DNA of 64,000 bases from an uncultured Chitinophagaceae bacterium (GCA_937907395.1 CALCII010000013.1:45448-109447); one strand, 5' to 3'; shown: positions 45,710 to 55,624, counted from the stretch's first letter. A program made the numbers and translations. Notes: generated by a model not told the origin, from the sequence alone.

Positions 45710-46630
45710 ATGGCACACGGTAAATTATTCCCCCGCAAAACAAAAAGTATAAAGGAATGGACAATCAGCCCAGTTCAAATGAGGCAACTTTTAAAAGAAG
45801 CTCCAAAAGAAATTGGCAAACAAAAAATCAAATCACCTGGATTAAAAATCGACGTTGAAGATTTACAGTTTATTCCTGAAAAGTTTTCGCATAAAGATTT
45901 ACTTGACCCACATTGGTTTTGGCATAAATATTTTTGCAGGCCAAAATACCGCCGTCGGAAAAATCAAAAAAATCTTACTCCATTAGAATGGAGTCGTTTT
46001 ATTTATGCTATTGAAGCATTAGCCGATACGGATACACCTGCACCAACTTACCAGGAATTTGTACAAATACATGTGCAGGCAATGACAACACCTGCCGGGC
46101 ACATGTGGGGTGCACATGGAGGTGTAAATTTTTTAACATGGCACAGGGAATACATGGCAAAATTGGAAGCAAGATTAATAGCTATCAATCCCTTGGTAAC
46201 AATTCCTTACTGGAACTGGATAGAAGACAGGTATATACCACCTCAGTTAAACAACAGTGCTGACTTTACCCGTTGGGGAATTACAAGAGGCGGTTCATTC
46301 AACGATACTTTATTGCCAACGGCCGCCCAGCATGCTGCCCTTATGACGAATACCGCTTTTGCTTCTTTTTCTTCTCAGTTAGAAGCATCACCTTTCCATA
46401 ACAGGCTGCATGGTTTAGTAGGCGGCACCATGGGAACGGCTTCATCACCTGCCGATCCAATCTTCTGGTTACATCATGGTTTTATAGATAAGTTATTTGC
46501 AGACTGGCAGGTGTTAAACCCCGCTGCTACACATCCTAATCCTTCAGAAGTATTAAAGCCATCGCCCATTATGACAAGAACAAATGCACAAGTATGGAGC
46601 ACATTGGCATTAGGATATGTATATGCTTAA
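45710..46630 (+). CDS. tyrosinase / polyphenol oxidase (type-3 copper protein)
   Basis: 306 aa. CuA region HVQAMTTPAGHMWGAHGGVNFLTWHREYM. CuB region FHNRLHGLVGGTMGTASSPADPIFWLHHGFIDKLFADWQ. Confidence 0.85.
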   Translation: MAHGKLFPRKTKSIKEWTISPVQMRQLLKEAPKEIGKQKIKSPGLKIDVEDLQFIPEKFSHKDLLDPHWFWHKYFCRPKYRRRKNQKNLTPLEWSRFIYAIEALADTDTPAPTYQEFVQIHVQAMTTPAGHMWGAHGGVNFLTWHREYMAKLEARLIAINPLVTIPYWNWIEDRYIPPQLNNSADFTRWGITRGGSFNDTLLPTAAQHAALMTNTAFASFSSQLEASPFHNRLHGLVGGTMGTASSPADPIFWLHHGFIDKLFADWQVLNPAATHPNPSEVLKPSPIMTRTNAQVWSTLALGYVYA

Positions 46631-46806
46631 TCTTTAAAAAAATAAAGCCAGGTGCAGACTTATTTTAGAACAGGTAATTCTTATTATAAAAACATTTATT
46701 CAGGTAGCCAGGGATATAGCAAGAACAGTTTGTGAATGGGCATGAAGTTCAAGATCTGTAACATTCTGCTTAATGGATATTTATAACTGATACAAAAGAT
46801 TTACTT

Positions 46807-46842
46807 AAATTACCGCTGTTTAAAAGGAGCGGTAATTTTTTT
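46807..46842 (+). terminator. rho-independent terminator-like hairpin plus T7
   Basis: AAATTACCGCT at 46807-46817 pairs with AGCGGTAATTT at 46828-46838, followed by a T run to 46842. It lies 25 nt upstream of the ATG at 46868. Confidence 0.55.
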
Positions 46843-46867
46843 AAATGCTAACTTATTAAGTAGTCAA

Positions 46868-48115
46868 ATGTCTGAAAATCCTTCCCAACTCATACGGCAA
46901 TACAAAGAGGATAAACAATCAGTTTACAATACCTGGTTTATCAATAATGAAGAAAGACTTAAAGCTTTTCGTTCCATCCGGCGAGGAGTAATGCAGGTGA
47001 TTGAGGATATTAAGAGTAAAAAATTCCCCAACGATTTCAAAGGTTCCTCCCTTGAGTTTGTCCTTACCTGCATCACTGAGCAAAAGCAGGTATTTGAAGG
47101 AGCATCTCATCCGTTTTACTGGAAGCCTAAACTTAGGATACCCGATATATATGAGAACGAAAACAATAAGCAGGCTTTCGGACAGTTTTTAGAAAACTGT
47201 TTGAATGCAAAATCAGAAGAACAGATTATTAAAGAAATCATCAGGCTTGATAGTTTAAAAATAAAAGGACTTGGACCTGCAGTTGCAAGCATTCTTTATT
47301 TTCTGCATCCCACTATTATTCCCCCGTTTAACACAGCTATCATTAACGGCTTTAATTTTTTATACAAAGACAAAAAGAAATTAGGTAGCTGGAGTGAATA
47401 CCTGAAGCTGAGAGAGGTAATGATTGATACCAATAGCCAGCACCGATCCGAATTATCATCCGATCTGGGAGCTATTGCAGGCTTATTGTTTGAGATTGGA
47501 ACACAGAAACTGATTTTAGGAAGTGATGTATATTTATCAGAACCCGAACGCAAAAAGTTAGAAAAACTAATAGAGAAGCGTCAGGAAAGTGTGCAGCAGG
47601 AAAAAGACGAAGAAAATCTGCATACAGAAATGCAATATCATTTGTTAAAAATTGGGAATGCTTTGGGCTATGACGTTATTGCTGCATCGAATGACCGTTC
47701 CAAATCACATTGTGGTAACAGTTTTTCATTTATGAGTTTACCGCAATTCCCTGAAATTGATTTGGAAAGAGACACTTTGAATACGGTAAAGCTGATTGAT
47801 GTATTGTGGTTTCAGAAAGGAACTAATAATGTTACCGCAGCTTTTGAAGTGGAAAAAAGTACCAGTATTTATTCAGGTATTTTGCGGCTGACCGATTTAA
47901 GCTATACTATAGCCGATGGTGATGAAGTATTCTACCTGATAGTACCTGATAAAAGAGAGAAGGACGTTTGCCTTCAACTTTCCCGCCCTGCAATTAAACA
48001 AAACAATGTAGTAATTAAATACATCCTGTTTTCGGAACTCCGCAGTCATTGCGATGCACTTTGTAAGTTTGGAGAAAGTCATCACATTATGGAAAAAATA
48101 GCGAAGGCTGTATAA
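46868..48115 (+). CDS. solitary two-domain protein: HhH-glycosylase-like N-terminal domain plus PD-(D/E)xK nuclease-like C-terminal domain
   Basis: 415 aa. KIKGLGPAVASILYFLHPTIIPPFN has GLGPA at 47267-47281. The C-terminal part is HTEMQYHLLKIGNALGYDV...LIDVLWF...AAFEVEKS, with EVEK at 47846-47857 (verified). There is no adjacent methyltransferase. Confidence 0.45.
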   Translation: MSENPSQLIRQYKEDKQSVYNTWFINNEERLKAFRSIRRGVMQVIEDIKSKKFPNDFKGSSLEFVLTCITEQKQVFEGASHPFYWKPKLRIPDIYENENNKQAFGQFLENCLNAKSEEQIIKEIIRLDSLKIKGLGPAVASILYFLHPTIIPPFNTAIINGFNFLYKDKKKLGSWSEYLKLREVMIDTNSQHRSELSSDLGAIAGLLFEIGTQKLILGSDVYLSEPERKKLEKLIEKRQESVQQEKDEENLHTEMQYHLLKIGNALGYDVIAASNDRSKSHCGNSFSFMSLPQFPEIDLERDTLNTVKLIDVLWFQKGTNNVTAAFEVEKSTSIYSGILRLTDLSYTIADGDEVFYLIVPDKREKDVCLQLSRPAIKQNNVVIKYILFSELRSHCDALCKFGESHHIMEKIAKAV

Positions 48116-48117
48116 AT

Positions 48118-48153
48118 AAAAAAGCGGCAGTAAATATTTCTGCCGCTTTTCTT
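48118..48153. terminator. bidirectional rho-independent terminator between convergent genes
   Basis: AAAGCGGCAG at 48121-48130, a 9-nt loop, and CTGCCGCTTT at 48140-48149. It is flanked by an A run upstream and TTTTCTTTT downstream. Confidence 0.7.
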
Positions 48154-50358
48154 TTAGAGTTTTGCCCCGACTGATATAAAGAACGTTCTTCCATCTGCCG
48201 GTAAAGCCCCCGGCCCCGGATAACCACCTGCACGACGGGTAAAATATCTTTCATCAAATAAATTATTTATTCCTGCTTTAAGATTTAACCCTTTTGAAAA
48301 TTTGTATGTAGCTGTTAAGTCAGTTACAGTATAAGATGGAATCAAACCTGTATTTCCATTAGCAGAAGCAGCAACCGTATTATTCGCATCGCTGAATGTT
48401 TCTCCAACACTGCTTATCTGTGCTGTTAATAAAAATCCTTTATAACCGCCGGTTATACCACCCCTGAAAATATGGGCAGGCGCATTTTCTACCTTCTTAC
48501 CCTTTGTATTGGCATCTTTATGGTCGCCGCTGTATTTGGCATCTGTGTATCCATAAGATCCGAAAATAATTACATCTGTATGTTTGCTTTTTGTAAATGC
48601 CCTGATGGGATTAAATTCAACATAACCTTCAAAACCCTTACTGGTGCTGGCTCCCACATTTGTAATTAAACGGTAAGTAGCCCCGGTTGGTGTAATAGTG
48701 CCTACACGGTTATTGTATTGTAAATAAAACCCGCTTACATCAAATTGAATAAAACTTTTCAATTTGCCCCGATAGCCTAAGTCAATATTATAACCTTTGG
48801 CATCTTTCAAATCAGGATCAACTACATCTGTTGTTGGTGGCGCCTGCAGGTTTGCAAATTGAATAGGGCGATATGCCTGTGAAATATTTGCATATACTTC
48901 CGTAGCTTTTGTAACATGGAATTCTGCACCCACACCTGCCAATACGAAACTGCGGCTGCGTGTAATATTTTGCAAAATTATTTCTGCACCACCGGAAGTG
49001 TATCCGTTTCGTCCTGAAGAAGAACCTTCCAGCCACTCATAGCGAATGCCCGGAATAATCAACAACTTATCTGTAACACGAAAAATATTTTCTGCAAAAG
49101 CGGCAGCATTTTTAGAATTAAATTCTATATCCCTGGGATAGTTGCCTGACACAGTTACATCATACCCTGTACCGGTAGTTCCTTTACCATCTGCTTGCCT
49201 TGTGGTAGTACCGGTATATAAACGAATGCCGCCTGAAAAAGTATTTTTCATTTTACCAATGGCATAATCAGTTATGATGCGGCTTTCTAAACCATAATTT
49301 CTGTATTGGTCAAGGTTAACAACCCTGTTATTATAATTAAGAGTTGTTGCATTAATGCTGTCCCTTGTGGTTATTGATTGCAAAAAACCTACGCTGTTTC
49401 TGTCGCCAACTGTACCAAAGAGTTTTGTATTCCACCGGGTCTTTTCATTTATTTGATAGTTGGCGATTAATGCAGGCGTTGTCCATGTTATGTCAAACCA
49501 GTTGCGGCTGCGGAAACTTTGTTGTGCATCCTGTTTTATTTGTGCATCTGTTAAGCCACCGGGCTGTTGGCTACGGATATGCGAACGCATAATTTCAGCA
49601 GTTAAAGAAAATTTAGAACTGAAATTGTAGGTTACTGTTCCATAACCTGCATTGGTATAGTATTGACTGTTCTCTCTCCAGCCATTTCCATTGCGATGAT
49701 CAAAAAAAGTATAGTAATGAACTTTCCCTTTTTTACCGCCTATCGCATTATAACTATTAAACAGTCCATTGCTGCCAACTGTTTGCTGTGTTTCAAATTC
49801 AAAGGGTTTGTTGATCTCATTACCATTACGCAAAATATAGTTTATCAATCCACCAAACTGAGGGCCGTATTGGAGAGAGCCTTGCCCCCGAACAATTTCA
49901 ATGCGCTGTACCGCCTGTAGCTGTGGATTATAATAAGCTTCAGGATAGCCAAAAGGATCTGCTGCGATATCGTAGCCATTTTGCCGCACGTTAAATTCCC
50001 AGCTACGATTAGGGCTTAATCCACGGGCAGCAATACCAATTTGAATACCGCTTGGATCGCTTTCCCAAATATGGATACCAGGCACTTTTGCAAGTACCTG
50101 ACGCATGGTATTGGTCACTACATTTCCCTGTACATTATCCAACACTATCAACGCATTTTTCTTACCAGCATAAATATTAGTGCCTACAATTTCCGGCATT
50201 TGCTGATAATCGCTTTTGCTGTTTCTACCAACAACAGTCACATCAGGTAAATACTTCAAATGGTTTGTATCAGCATTTTGTACCTTTTCCTTTGTTTGCG
50301 CTTTTGCTACACTAAAAATTGACAGAGCAATAACTACTATAACACCTTTCTTTCTCAT
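48154..50358 (-). CDS. TonB-dependent outer-membrane receptor (metal/siderophore-type)
   Basis: About 734 aa from the ATG at 50358 (the track start at 50394 is TTG). It has a signal peptide, plug (VEIVRGQGSLQYGPQFGGLINY) and a C-terminal barrel ending FISVGAKL. Confidence 0.85.
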   Translation of the reverse strand: MRKKGVIVVIALSIFSVAKAQTKEKVQNADTNHLKYLPDVTVVGRNSKSDYQQMPEIVGTNIYAGKKNALIVLDNVQGNVVTNTMRQVLAKVPGIHIWESDPSGIQIGIAARGLSPNRSWEFNVRQNGYDIAADPFGYPEAYYNPQLQAVQRIEIVRGQGSLQYGPQFGGLINYILRNGNEINKPFEFETQQTVGSNGLFNSYNAIGGKKGKVHYYTFFDHRNGNGWRENSQYYTNAGYGTVTYNFSSKFSLTAEIMRSHIRSQQPGGLTDAQIKQDAQQSFRSRNWFDITWTTPALIANYQINEKTRWNTKLFGTVGDRNSVGFLQSITTRDSINATTLNYNNRVVNLDQYRNYGLESRIITDYAIGKMKNTFSGGIRLYTGTTTRQADGKGTTGTGYDVTVSGNYPRDIEFNSKNAAAFAENIFRVTDKLLIIPGIRYEWLEGSSSGRNGYTSGGAEIILQNITRSRSFVLAGVGAEFHVTKATEVYANISQAYRPIQFANLQAPPTTDVVDPDLKDAKGYNIDLGYRGKLKSFIQFDVSGFYLQYNNRVGTITPTGATYRLITNVGASTSKGFEGYVEFNPIRAFTKSKHTDVIIFGSYGYTDAKYSGDHKDANTKGKKVENAPAHIFRGGITGGYKGFLLTAQISSVGETFSDANNTVAASANGNTGLIPSYTVTDLTATYKFSKGLNLKAGINNLFDERYFTRRAGGYPGPGALPADGRTFFISVGAKL

Positions 50359-50557
50359 GAGCCTTTTTTTAGGCTGCAAATTGCTGTATAACAAAGTATT
50401 AGCCGTTACGCAATTAGGAAATGCGTTTACGTATTCGGGAAAACAATTTTATAAGTTTTTTTCAAAATTCTGTAACTTTCCAATCATAAGCCCTGTTACC
50501 TTTACACTTCGGCAAGTATTGTCATTCAAAGAATTGCCCTATTTTTACAGCGTCTAA

Positions 50558-51088
50558 ATGAAACGTAGATTATCCATACAACTAAAAGCATTATTTCTGC
50601 TGATTGTGTTTGCATCAAATACAGCGGTGGGGTTTGCCTGTGCTTTGGGTGTGAATATGGGCTACAATACTTCTAACCATAATGCTGCTGAAGAAGCAAC
50701 TGAAATACATATACATGCAGATGGTAAAAAACATGTGCATGAAAAAGAGGCGTCAGCAACTACCACTCATGAGCATAAGGATGGTACTAAACATCAACAT
50801 GATAGTGAGCCCGCAAAACAAGTCCCAGCTGGAGATAGTAAGTCATTCACCAAAAGCCCAGGTGGATGTTGCAGTGATGACGTACAAAAATTTCAAAATT
50901 TAGATAAGAATCTCAATCAAAATGTGAATGCTGGTATTGATGTGCCGGCGTTTGTTGCAATTGTAAGCACATTTTTGGGAATTGATTTATCACAGGGAAA
51001 TAAGGACTTTCCTCCAAAATACAAAGCCAGGTTTTTTTATCCTCCTCCCCCCGATATACGTATAGTGATACAGAGTTTTCAGATTTGA
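50558..51088 (+). CDS. His-rich secreted protein with CC and PPPP motifs (related in style to 36679-37077)
   Basis: 176 aa. Motifs IHIHADGKKHVHEKE...THEHKDGTKHQHD, GGCCSDD and FFYPPPPD. Confidence 0.5.
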   Translation: MKRRLSIQLKALFLLIVFASNTAVGFACALGVNMGYNTSNHNAAEEATEIHIHADGKKHVHEKEASATTTHEHKDGTKHQHDSEPAKQVPAGDSKSFTKSPGGCCSDDVQKFQNLDKNLNQNVNAGIDVPAFVAIVSTFLGIDLSQGNKDFPPKYKARFFYPPPPDIRIVIQSFQI

Positions 51089-51181
51089 TTACAGTAAAAC
51101 AGGTGAAGCTTTAGCGGCTTCATCCACCTGCATTTTGCATCCAGCAAATTGAGGTTATTTGTTTTACCGTAATCATTTTTT

Positions 51182-52372
51182 ATGCTCAGAAATAGTATCA
51201 TAGTTTTTCTTATCGGAATTATTGCATTACCGGCTGCCGCACAGCAAGTGCTTACTGAAAGTGAAGCTGTAAGTAAAGCTTTAGCCAATAATAAAAATAT
51301 TCAGTCTGCTTCGTTGCAGGTTAAGCAGCAGCAGCAATTGCTGAAGTCAGCTATTAACCTGCCAAACCCGGAGTTCTTTTGGGAAAGCCCTACTGGCAAT
51401 TTTTACACAGGTAGTATCACACAGTCATTTGAGTTTCCCACTGTTTACAGCAATCAATACCGCTTGCAAAAGCAGCAAATTGGTGTAGCCCAAAAGGAAC
51501 AACAAATTACACAGGCCGATTTGAAATATAGAATAAAAGCCCTCTACCTCGAAGCTCAGTTTACAGATTCCCTGGTAAAACAATTGTATATACAGGATAC
51601 ACTATACGAAAAAATTAAGTTGTCTGCGATCCGGCAGTTTAATGCAGGCCAAATAGATTACCTGCAACAGACATTTGCTGAAACACAATACGGCGAAATT
51701 CATAACCTGTACCTGCAATCCATCACAAGATCGAAAGCAATAAAAGCACAGTTGCAATGGCTGACTGGTATTAAAGATTCCATTATAGTGGAGCCATTGG
51801 TAATTAATATCACGCAGGCTCCATTTCCAATCGTTCCGGATTCAATGGCTTTACTTGCTAATCCGACTGTGCAATTATTACAACAACAGCAAGCAGTAGC
51901 AAAGCAAAATATAGCATTACAAAAAAGTAAAGCATTGCCCGGTTTGGCTTTTGGCTATTTTAACCAGGGTGAACGGGATACTAAATGGAACAACCGTTTT
52001 CGTTTCGGGATTACCATTCCGCTGTGGTTTGGCCAGTATAAGAGTAATATCAATGCTGCTAAAACTGAGCAGCAGGTTATACAAAGCAAACAGGAAGGTT
52101 TGCAGCAGGAATTATCTGCACAGGTTATTAATGCAAGCAGCGAAATGCATGCTAACTGGCAATCAGTACAATACTATCAGCAAACGGGTTTAAGAAAAGC
52201 CCAGGAAGTAATTACAACTTCACAAAGGTTTTTTGTAAGCGGGGAAATAGACTATATCAGTTTGATGCGGAATAATAACGATGCCTACAACATTTATCAG
52301 AAATACCTCGAAGCCGTAAGAAATTACAATCTAAGTGTCATCAATTATCAATACTTAATGGGTCAGTTATGA
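51182..52372 (+). CDS. TolC-family outer-membrane efflux protein
   Basis: 396 aa with a signal peptide and Gln-rich coiled-coil repeats. ATGA overlap with the next gene at 52369-52372. Confidence 0.8.
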   Translation: MLRNSIIVFLIGIIALPAAAQQVLTESEAVSKALANNKNIQSASLQVKQQQQLLKSAINLPNPEFFWESPTGNFYTGSITQSFEFPTVYSNQYRLQKQQIGVAQKEQQITQADLKYRIKALYLEAQFTDSLVKQLYIQDTLYEKIKLSAIRQFNAGQIDYLQQTFAETQYGEIHNLYLQSITRSKAIKAQLQWLTGIKDSIIVEPLVINITQAPFPIVPDSMALLANPTVQLLQQQQAVAKQNIALQKSKALPGLAFGYFNQGERDTKWNNRFRFGITIPLWFGQYKSNINAAKTEQQVIQSKQEGLQQELSAQVINASSEMHANWQSVQYYQQTGLRKAQEVITTSQRFFVSGEIDYISLMRNNNDAYNIYQKYLEAVRNYNLSVINYQYLMGQL

Positions 52373-54036
52373 AAAGAATAATTATTCTATTACTATTATC
52401 ATTGCCTGTAATGGCATTTGCACACGGTGGTGAAGATCATGGTGATGCAAAGAAAACAATCGCTGCATCAACCAGCTATTTTTCCACAGAAGCCGTTTCT
52501 GATAAGTATGAGTTACTGCTCAGATACAACCCCATTACTCCGGGCAAAGAAACAATACTGAAATTATTTATCAGCGAATTTGATACGAATAGACCGATCG
52601 ACAGTGCAACGCTGAATGTAACCGTAAGCGGCAATCCAAATTTAAAAGTGGCTGTTTCAAGAATAGAAAAAGGAATTTATGAATTAAAAACAACCTTCCC
52701 TGAAAAGAAAGCTTACAGTCTTGTAGTAAGCATAAACAGCCATGCCGGGATCGATTTAATTCAGTTAAATAATATCGAAACGGGTAAAGAACTCACTGTT
52801 GCTGCAACTGAAAATACAGCTCATACACACTGGTACAGCAGCAATTGGTTTTTTGGTCTGATAGGTTTGCTTATTGGTTTACTTGTTATGTTTTTCATCA
52901 ATAAAACCAGGAGCAGAAAAATTATCGCTACTGCAATTATTCTTTTTTGCCTTTTGCCAACAGCCACTTATAATTCAGTGTCTGCACACGATGGCCACGA
53001 TGAAGCTGGTGCCAAAAAGAGCGGAGGCTCATCCACCATATTTATTGTAGAAAAAGAAACACAATTTCTTTTCAATATACAAACCCAAAAGATCGGTACA
53101 GGAGATTTTAACGAGTCATCTGTTTTATTGGGAACTGTAACTGCTGCACCACAAGGAAGAGCGGTAATACAATCACCCCAGGCAGGTAAAATAGTTTCAT
53201 TGAGAGTTACACCTGGTCAACGGGTTGGCAAGGGCCAGGTAGTGGCGGTAATTGAACAACAGGTGGATGCCGGAACACAGATCGGTATCATTTCTCAAAG
53301 CAACTCTGTAAATGCAGAATACGAAGCAGCCAAAGCTCAGTATGAAAGACTGAAAGCTATTGAGGATATCGCAGCAAAGAAAGATATAACAGAGGCAAAA
53401 GCCAGGTACGAAAGTGCTAAACGGAACAAAGCCCTCTTTGATGCTAATACCGGCAGAAATACCGGCAATACTAAAGCAATAACTCTTACATCACCTGTTA
53501 GTGGTGTGGTAGGCACTTTTAATTATGCAATAGGCGCAGTAGTGAATGGCGGCGAAACGCTGTTTGAAATAACCAATCTTGAACAGGTATTTGTAGAAGC
53601 ACAGGTATTTACTGCGGATGTTGAGAAGATGAAATCAGCTACTGCATTTACCACTACCAGCAACACTGATACTGCTACTTACAAATTGAAAATAGTTAGC
53701 ACAGCACAAGCTGTTAATGCCGGTAATCAATCGCAAAAAGTAGTTTTTGAACTCATCAATCCGAAAGGCCAGTTTAAAATTGGTGAAAATATAAATGTGC
53801 GGATGACAGGGAGCAGTGTTGTAAGACAAGTGGTAATACCAAACGAAGCCATCGCAGAAGTAAATGGTAAGCCTGCCATTTTTATAAAAGATAAAGCAGA
53901 GCAATATAGTATCAGCTTTATTGTGAAGGGAGAAAGCAATGACAAATTTACTGTTGTCACTAAAGGAACTGAAGATGGTGAAAGGATTGTTACAGCAAAT
54001 GTGTACCAAATGAAAATGATGTATTTAAATCAATAA
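52369..54036 (+). CDS. efflux RND periplasmic adaptor with a roughly 220-aa N-terminal extension carrying two His/Asp-rich motifs
   Basis: 555 aa. AFAHGGEDHGDAKK follows the signal peptide, then an Ig-like segment and 2 TM segments, then SAHDGHDEAGAKK and an HlyD-like core (GKIVSLRVTPGQRVGKGQVVAVIE). Confidence 0.8.
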   Translation: MKRIIILLLLSLPVMAFAHGGEDHGDAKKTIAASTSYFSTEAVSDKYELLLRYNPITPGKETILKLFISEFDTNRPIDSATLNVTVSGNPNLKVAVSRIEKGIYELKTTFPEKKAYSLVVSINSHAGIDLIQLNNIETGKELTVAATENTAHTHWYSSNWFFGLIGLLIGLLVMFFINKTRSRKIIATAIILFCLLPTATYNSVSAHDGHDEAGAKKSGGSSTIFIVEKETQFLFNIQTQKIGTGDFNESSVLLGTVTAAPQGRAVIQSPQAGKIVSLRVTPGQRVGKGQVVAVIEQQVDAGTQIGIISQSNSVNAEYEAAKAQYERLKAIEDIAAKKDITEAKARYESAKRNKALFDANTGRNTGNTKAITLTSPVSGVVGTFNYAIGAVVNGGETLFEITNLEQVFVEAQVFTADVEKMKSATAFTTTSNTDTATYKLKIVSTAQAVNAGNQSQKVVFELINPKGQFKIGENINVRMTGSSVVRQVVIPNEAIAEVNGKPAIFIKDKAEQYSISFIVKGESNDKFTVVTKGTEDGERIVTANVYQMKMMYLNQ

Positions 54037-54054
54037 TTAAAAAAAACAAACAAC

Positions 54055-54504
54055 ATGAGAAAATTAATAATGATGTTCCTGCTGCTTTCATCTGCTATAG
54101 CAGTCTTTGCACAAACAAACGACAAAGAAGCGGTAAAAAATGTATTGAACAACTATAAAAAAGCAATTGAAAAACTGGACACAACTGGTGTAATAAATCT
54201 GTTTGTAAAAGATTCGAAAGTATTTGAACAGGCCAAAGATGAAGGCACCATTGGGCATTACCTGGAGCATCACCTCGGGCCCGAATTGAAAGATTTTAAG
54301 TCTTTCACTTTTAGCGATTACAAGGTAGATGTGATTGTAACAGGCGACTACGCTTTCTCAACAGAAACTTATATCTACACTATCATTCTTGCAAAAGATG
54401 GTAAAGAAATCAAAAGCCAGGGTGTAGCCACTTCTGTATTAAGGAAAACCAAAGAAGGCTGGAAAATTATACAAACACATTCGTCATTCAGAAAAGCGAA
54501 ATAA
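54055..54504 (+). CDS. NTF2/SnoaL-like (DUF4440-like) secreted protein
   Basis: 149 aa with a signal peptide. AVKNVLNNYKKAIEKLDTTGVINLF...KEGWKIIQTHSS matches the NTF2-like pattern. Confidence 0.55.
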   Translation: MRKLIMMFLLLSSAIAVFAQTNDKEAVKNVLNNYKKAIEKLDTTGVINLFVKDSKVFEQAKDEGTIGHYLEHHLGPELKDFKSFTFSDYKVDVIVTGDYAFSTETYIYTIILAKDGKEIKSQGVATSVLRKTKEGWKIIQTHSSFRKAK

Positions 54505-54535
54505 TATTCATTTCAAATGTCAAAAACCAAATAAA

Positions 54536-55597
54536 ATGAAAGCAACGACAACGTTTATGAGTTTGATAGCCATCGCAGCTATCGCTTTTGCTTCATGTAA
54601 AAAGAAACATGACATGGATGCTATGGAGGAAAAAAATATCAATTACCCTGCAGCTTATGTAGTGAATGGAGAAAGCAGTACGATCTCTGTTATTAAATTA
54701 AGCAACAACACACTTTCAGACAGCATTACGCTGATGGGAAGCGGCAGCAACATGATTATGTGGCCGCACCATATTTATCATCATCAAAATGTAGACCTGC
54801 ATCACATGACTATTGGTGTGCCGGGTATGGACTTAAGTGGAGGACACACTGGCGGTATGCCGGGTATGAAAGGCAGAGTAGTTGTAATGGATGCGGTAAA
54901 AGGAACAGTTTTAAAAAACTTTGAAGTACCTACTATGAATCACAATGCAGTGTATTCGCCTGATGGTTCAGAAATCTGGACCTCGTTGATGGATATGGCG
55001 GGTAAAGTATTGGTCTATGATGCTACTACTTATGCGTTGAAAAATACTATCAATGTAGGTATGGAACCTGCAGAAGTAACATTTAGCGCCGATGGGTCAA
55101 AAGCTTATGTATGCAATGGTATGGATAACACAGTATCCGTGATCAATCCTTCTACAAAGTCAATTATTACCACAATCAATGTTGATATGAACCCCGTTGG
55201 TGCATGGCCTTCTTCCATCGGTAAAATGTTTATAGATAATGAAGATGGACAAAGTATTTCGGTGATTGATGTGGCTAGTAACAGTAATGTAGCAACCATT
55301 ACGCTCAATTTTAAACCGGGTTATGCAGCTTACAATTCTGCAACAAGCGAGCTATGGGTAAGTAATGCAACAGACGGCAAGGTAGCTTACTACATGGATA
55401 TGGGAGCTAATACATGGATGAAACATGGCGAGTTTGCAACTGGTGCAGATGCACATGCCATCGCATTTTATGGAAATTATGGTTATGTAACTAATCAGGG
55501 AGCTAACACCGTTTCCGTAATCAATGCAACTACCCATGCAAAGGTGAAAGACATTCCAGTTGGTAAAAAACCAAATGGTATTGTATTCAAATTTTAA
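54536..55597 (+). CDS. YVTN/YncE-type beta-propeller repeat lipoprotein
   Basis: 353 aa with the lipobox AFASC. Repeats include SPDGSEIWTS...VLVYDATT, SADGSKAYVCNGMDNTVSVINPST and YGYVTNQGANTVSVINATT. Confidence 0.7.
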   Translation: MKATTTFMSLIAIAAIAFASCKKKHDMDAMEEKNINYPAAYVVNGESSTISVIKLSNNTLSDSITLMGSGSNMIMWPHHIYHHQNVDLHHMTIGVPGMDLSGGHTGGMPGMKGRVVVMDAVKGTVLKNFEVPTMNHNAVYSPDGSEIWTSLMDMAGKVLVYDATTYALKNTINVGMEPAEVTFSADGSKAYVCNGMDNTVSVINPSTKSIITTINVDMNPVGAWPSSIGKMFIDNEDGQSISVIDVASNSNVATITLNFKPGYAAYNSATSELWVSNATDGKVAYYMDMGANTWMKHGEFATGADAHAIAFYGNYGYVTNQGANTVSVINATTHAKVKDIPVGKKPNGIVFKF

Positions 55598-55624
55598 TTC
55601 CTTAAAAAACAAAATCAAACGAAT

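Noticed and set aside
46740-46785. 14-codon ORF (MKFKICNILLNGYL) in the tyrosinase-nuclease spacer
   Set aside because: It is too short, has no Shine-Dalgarno-independent support or context, and is probably a chance ORF.
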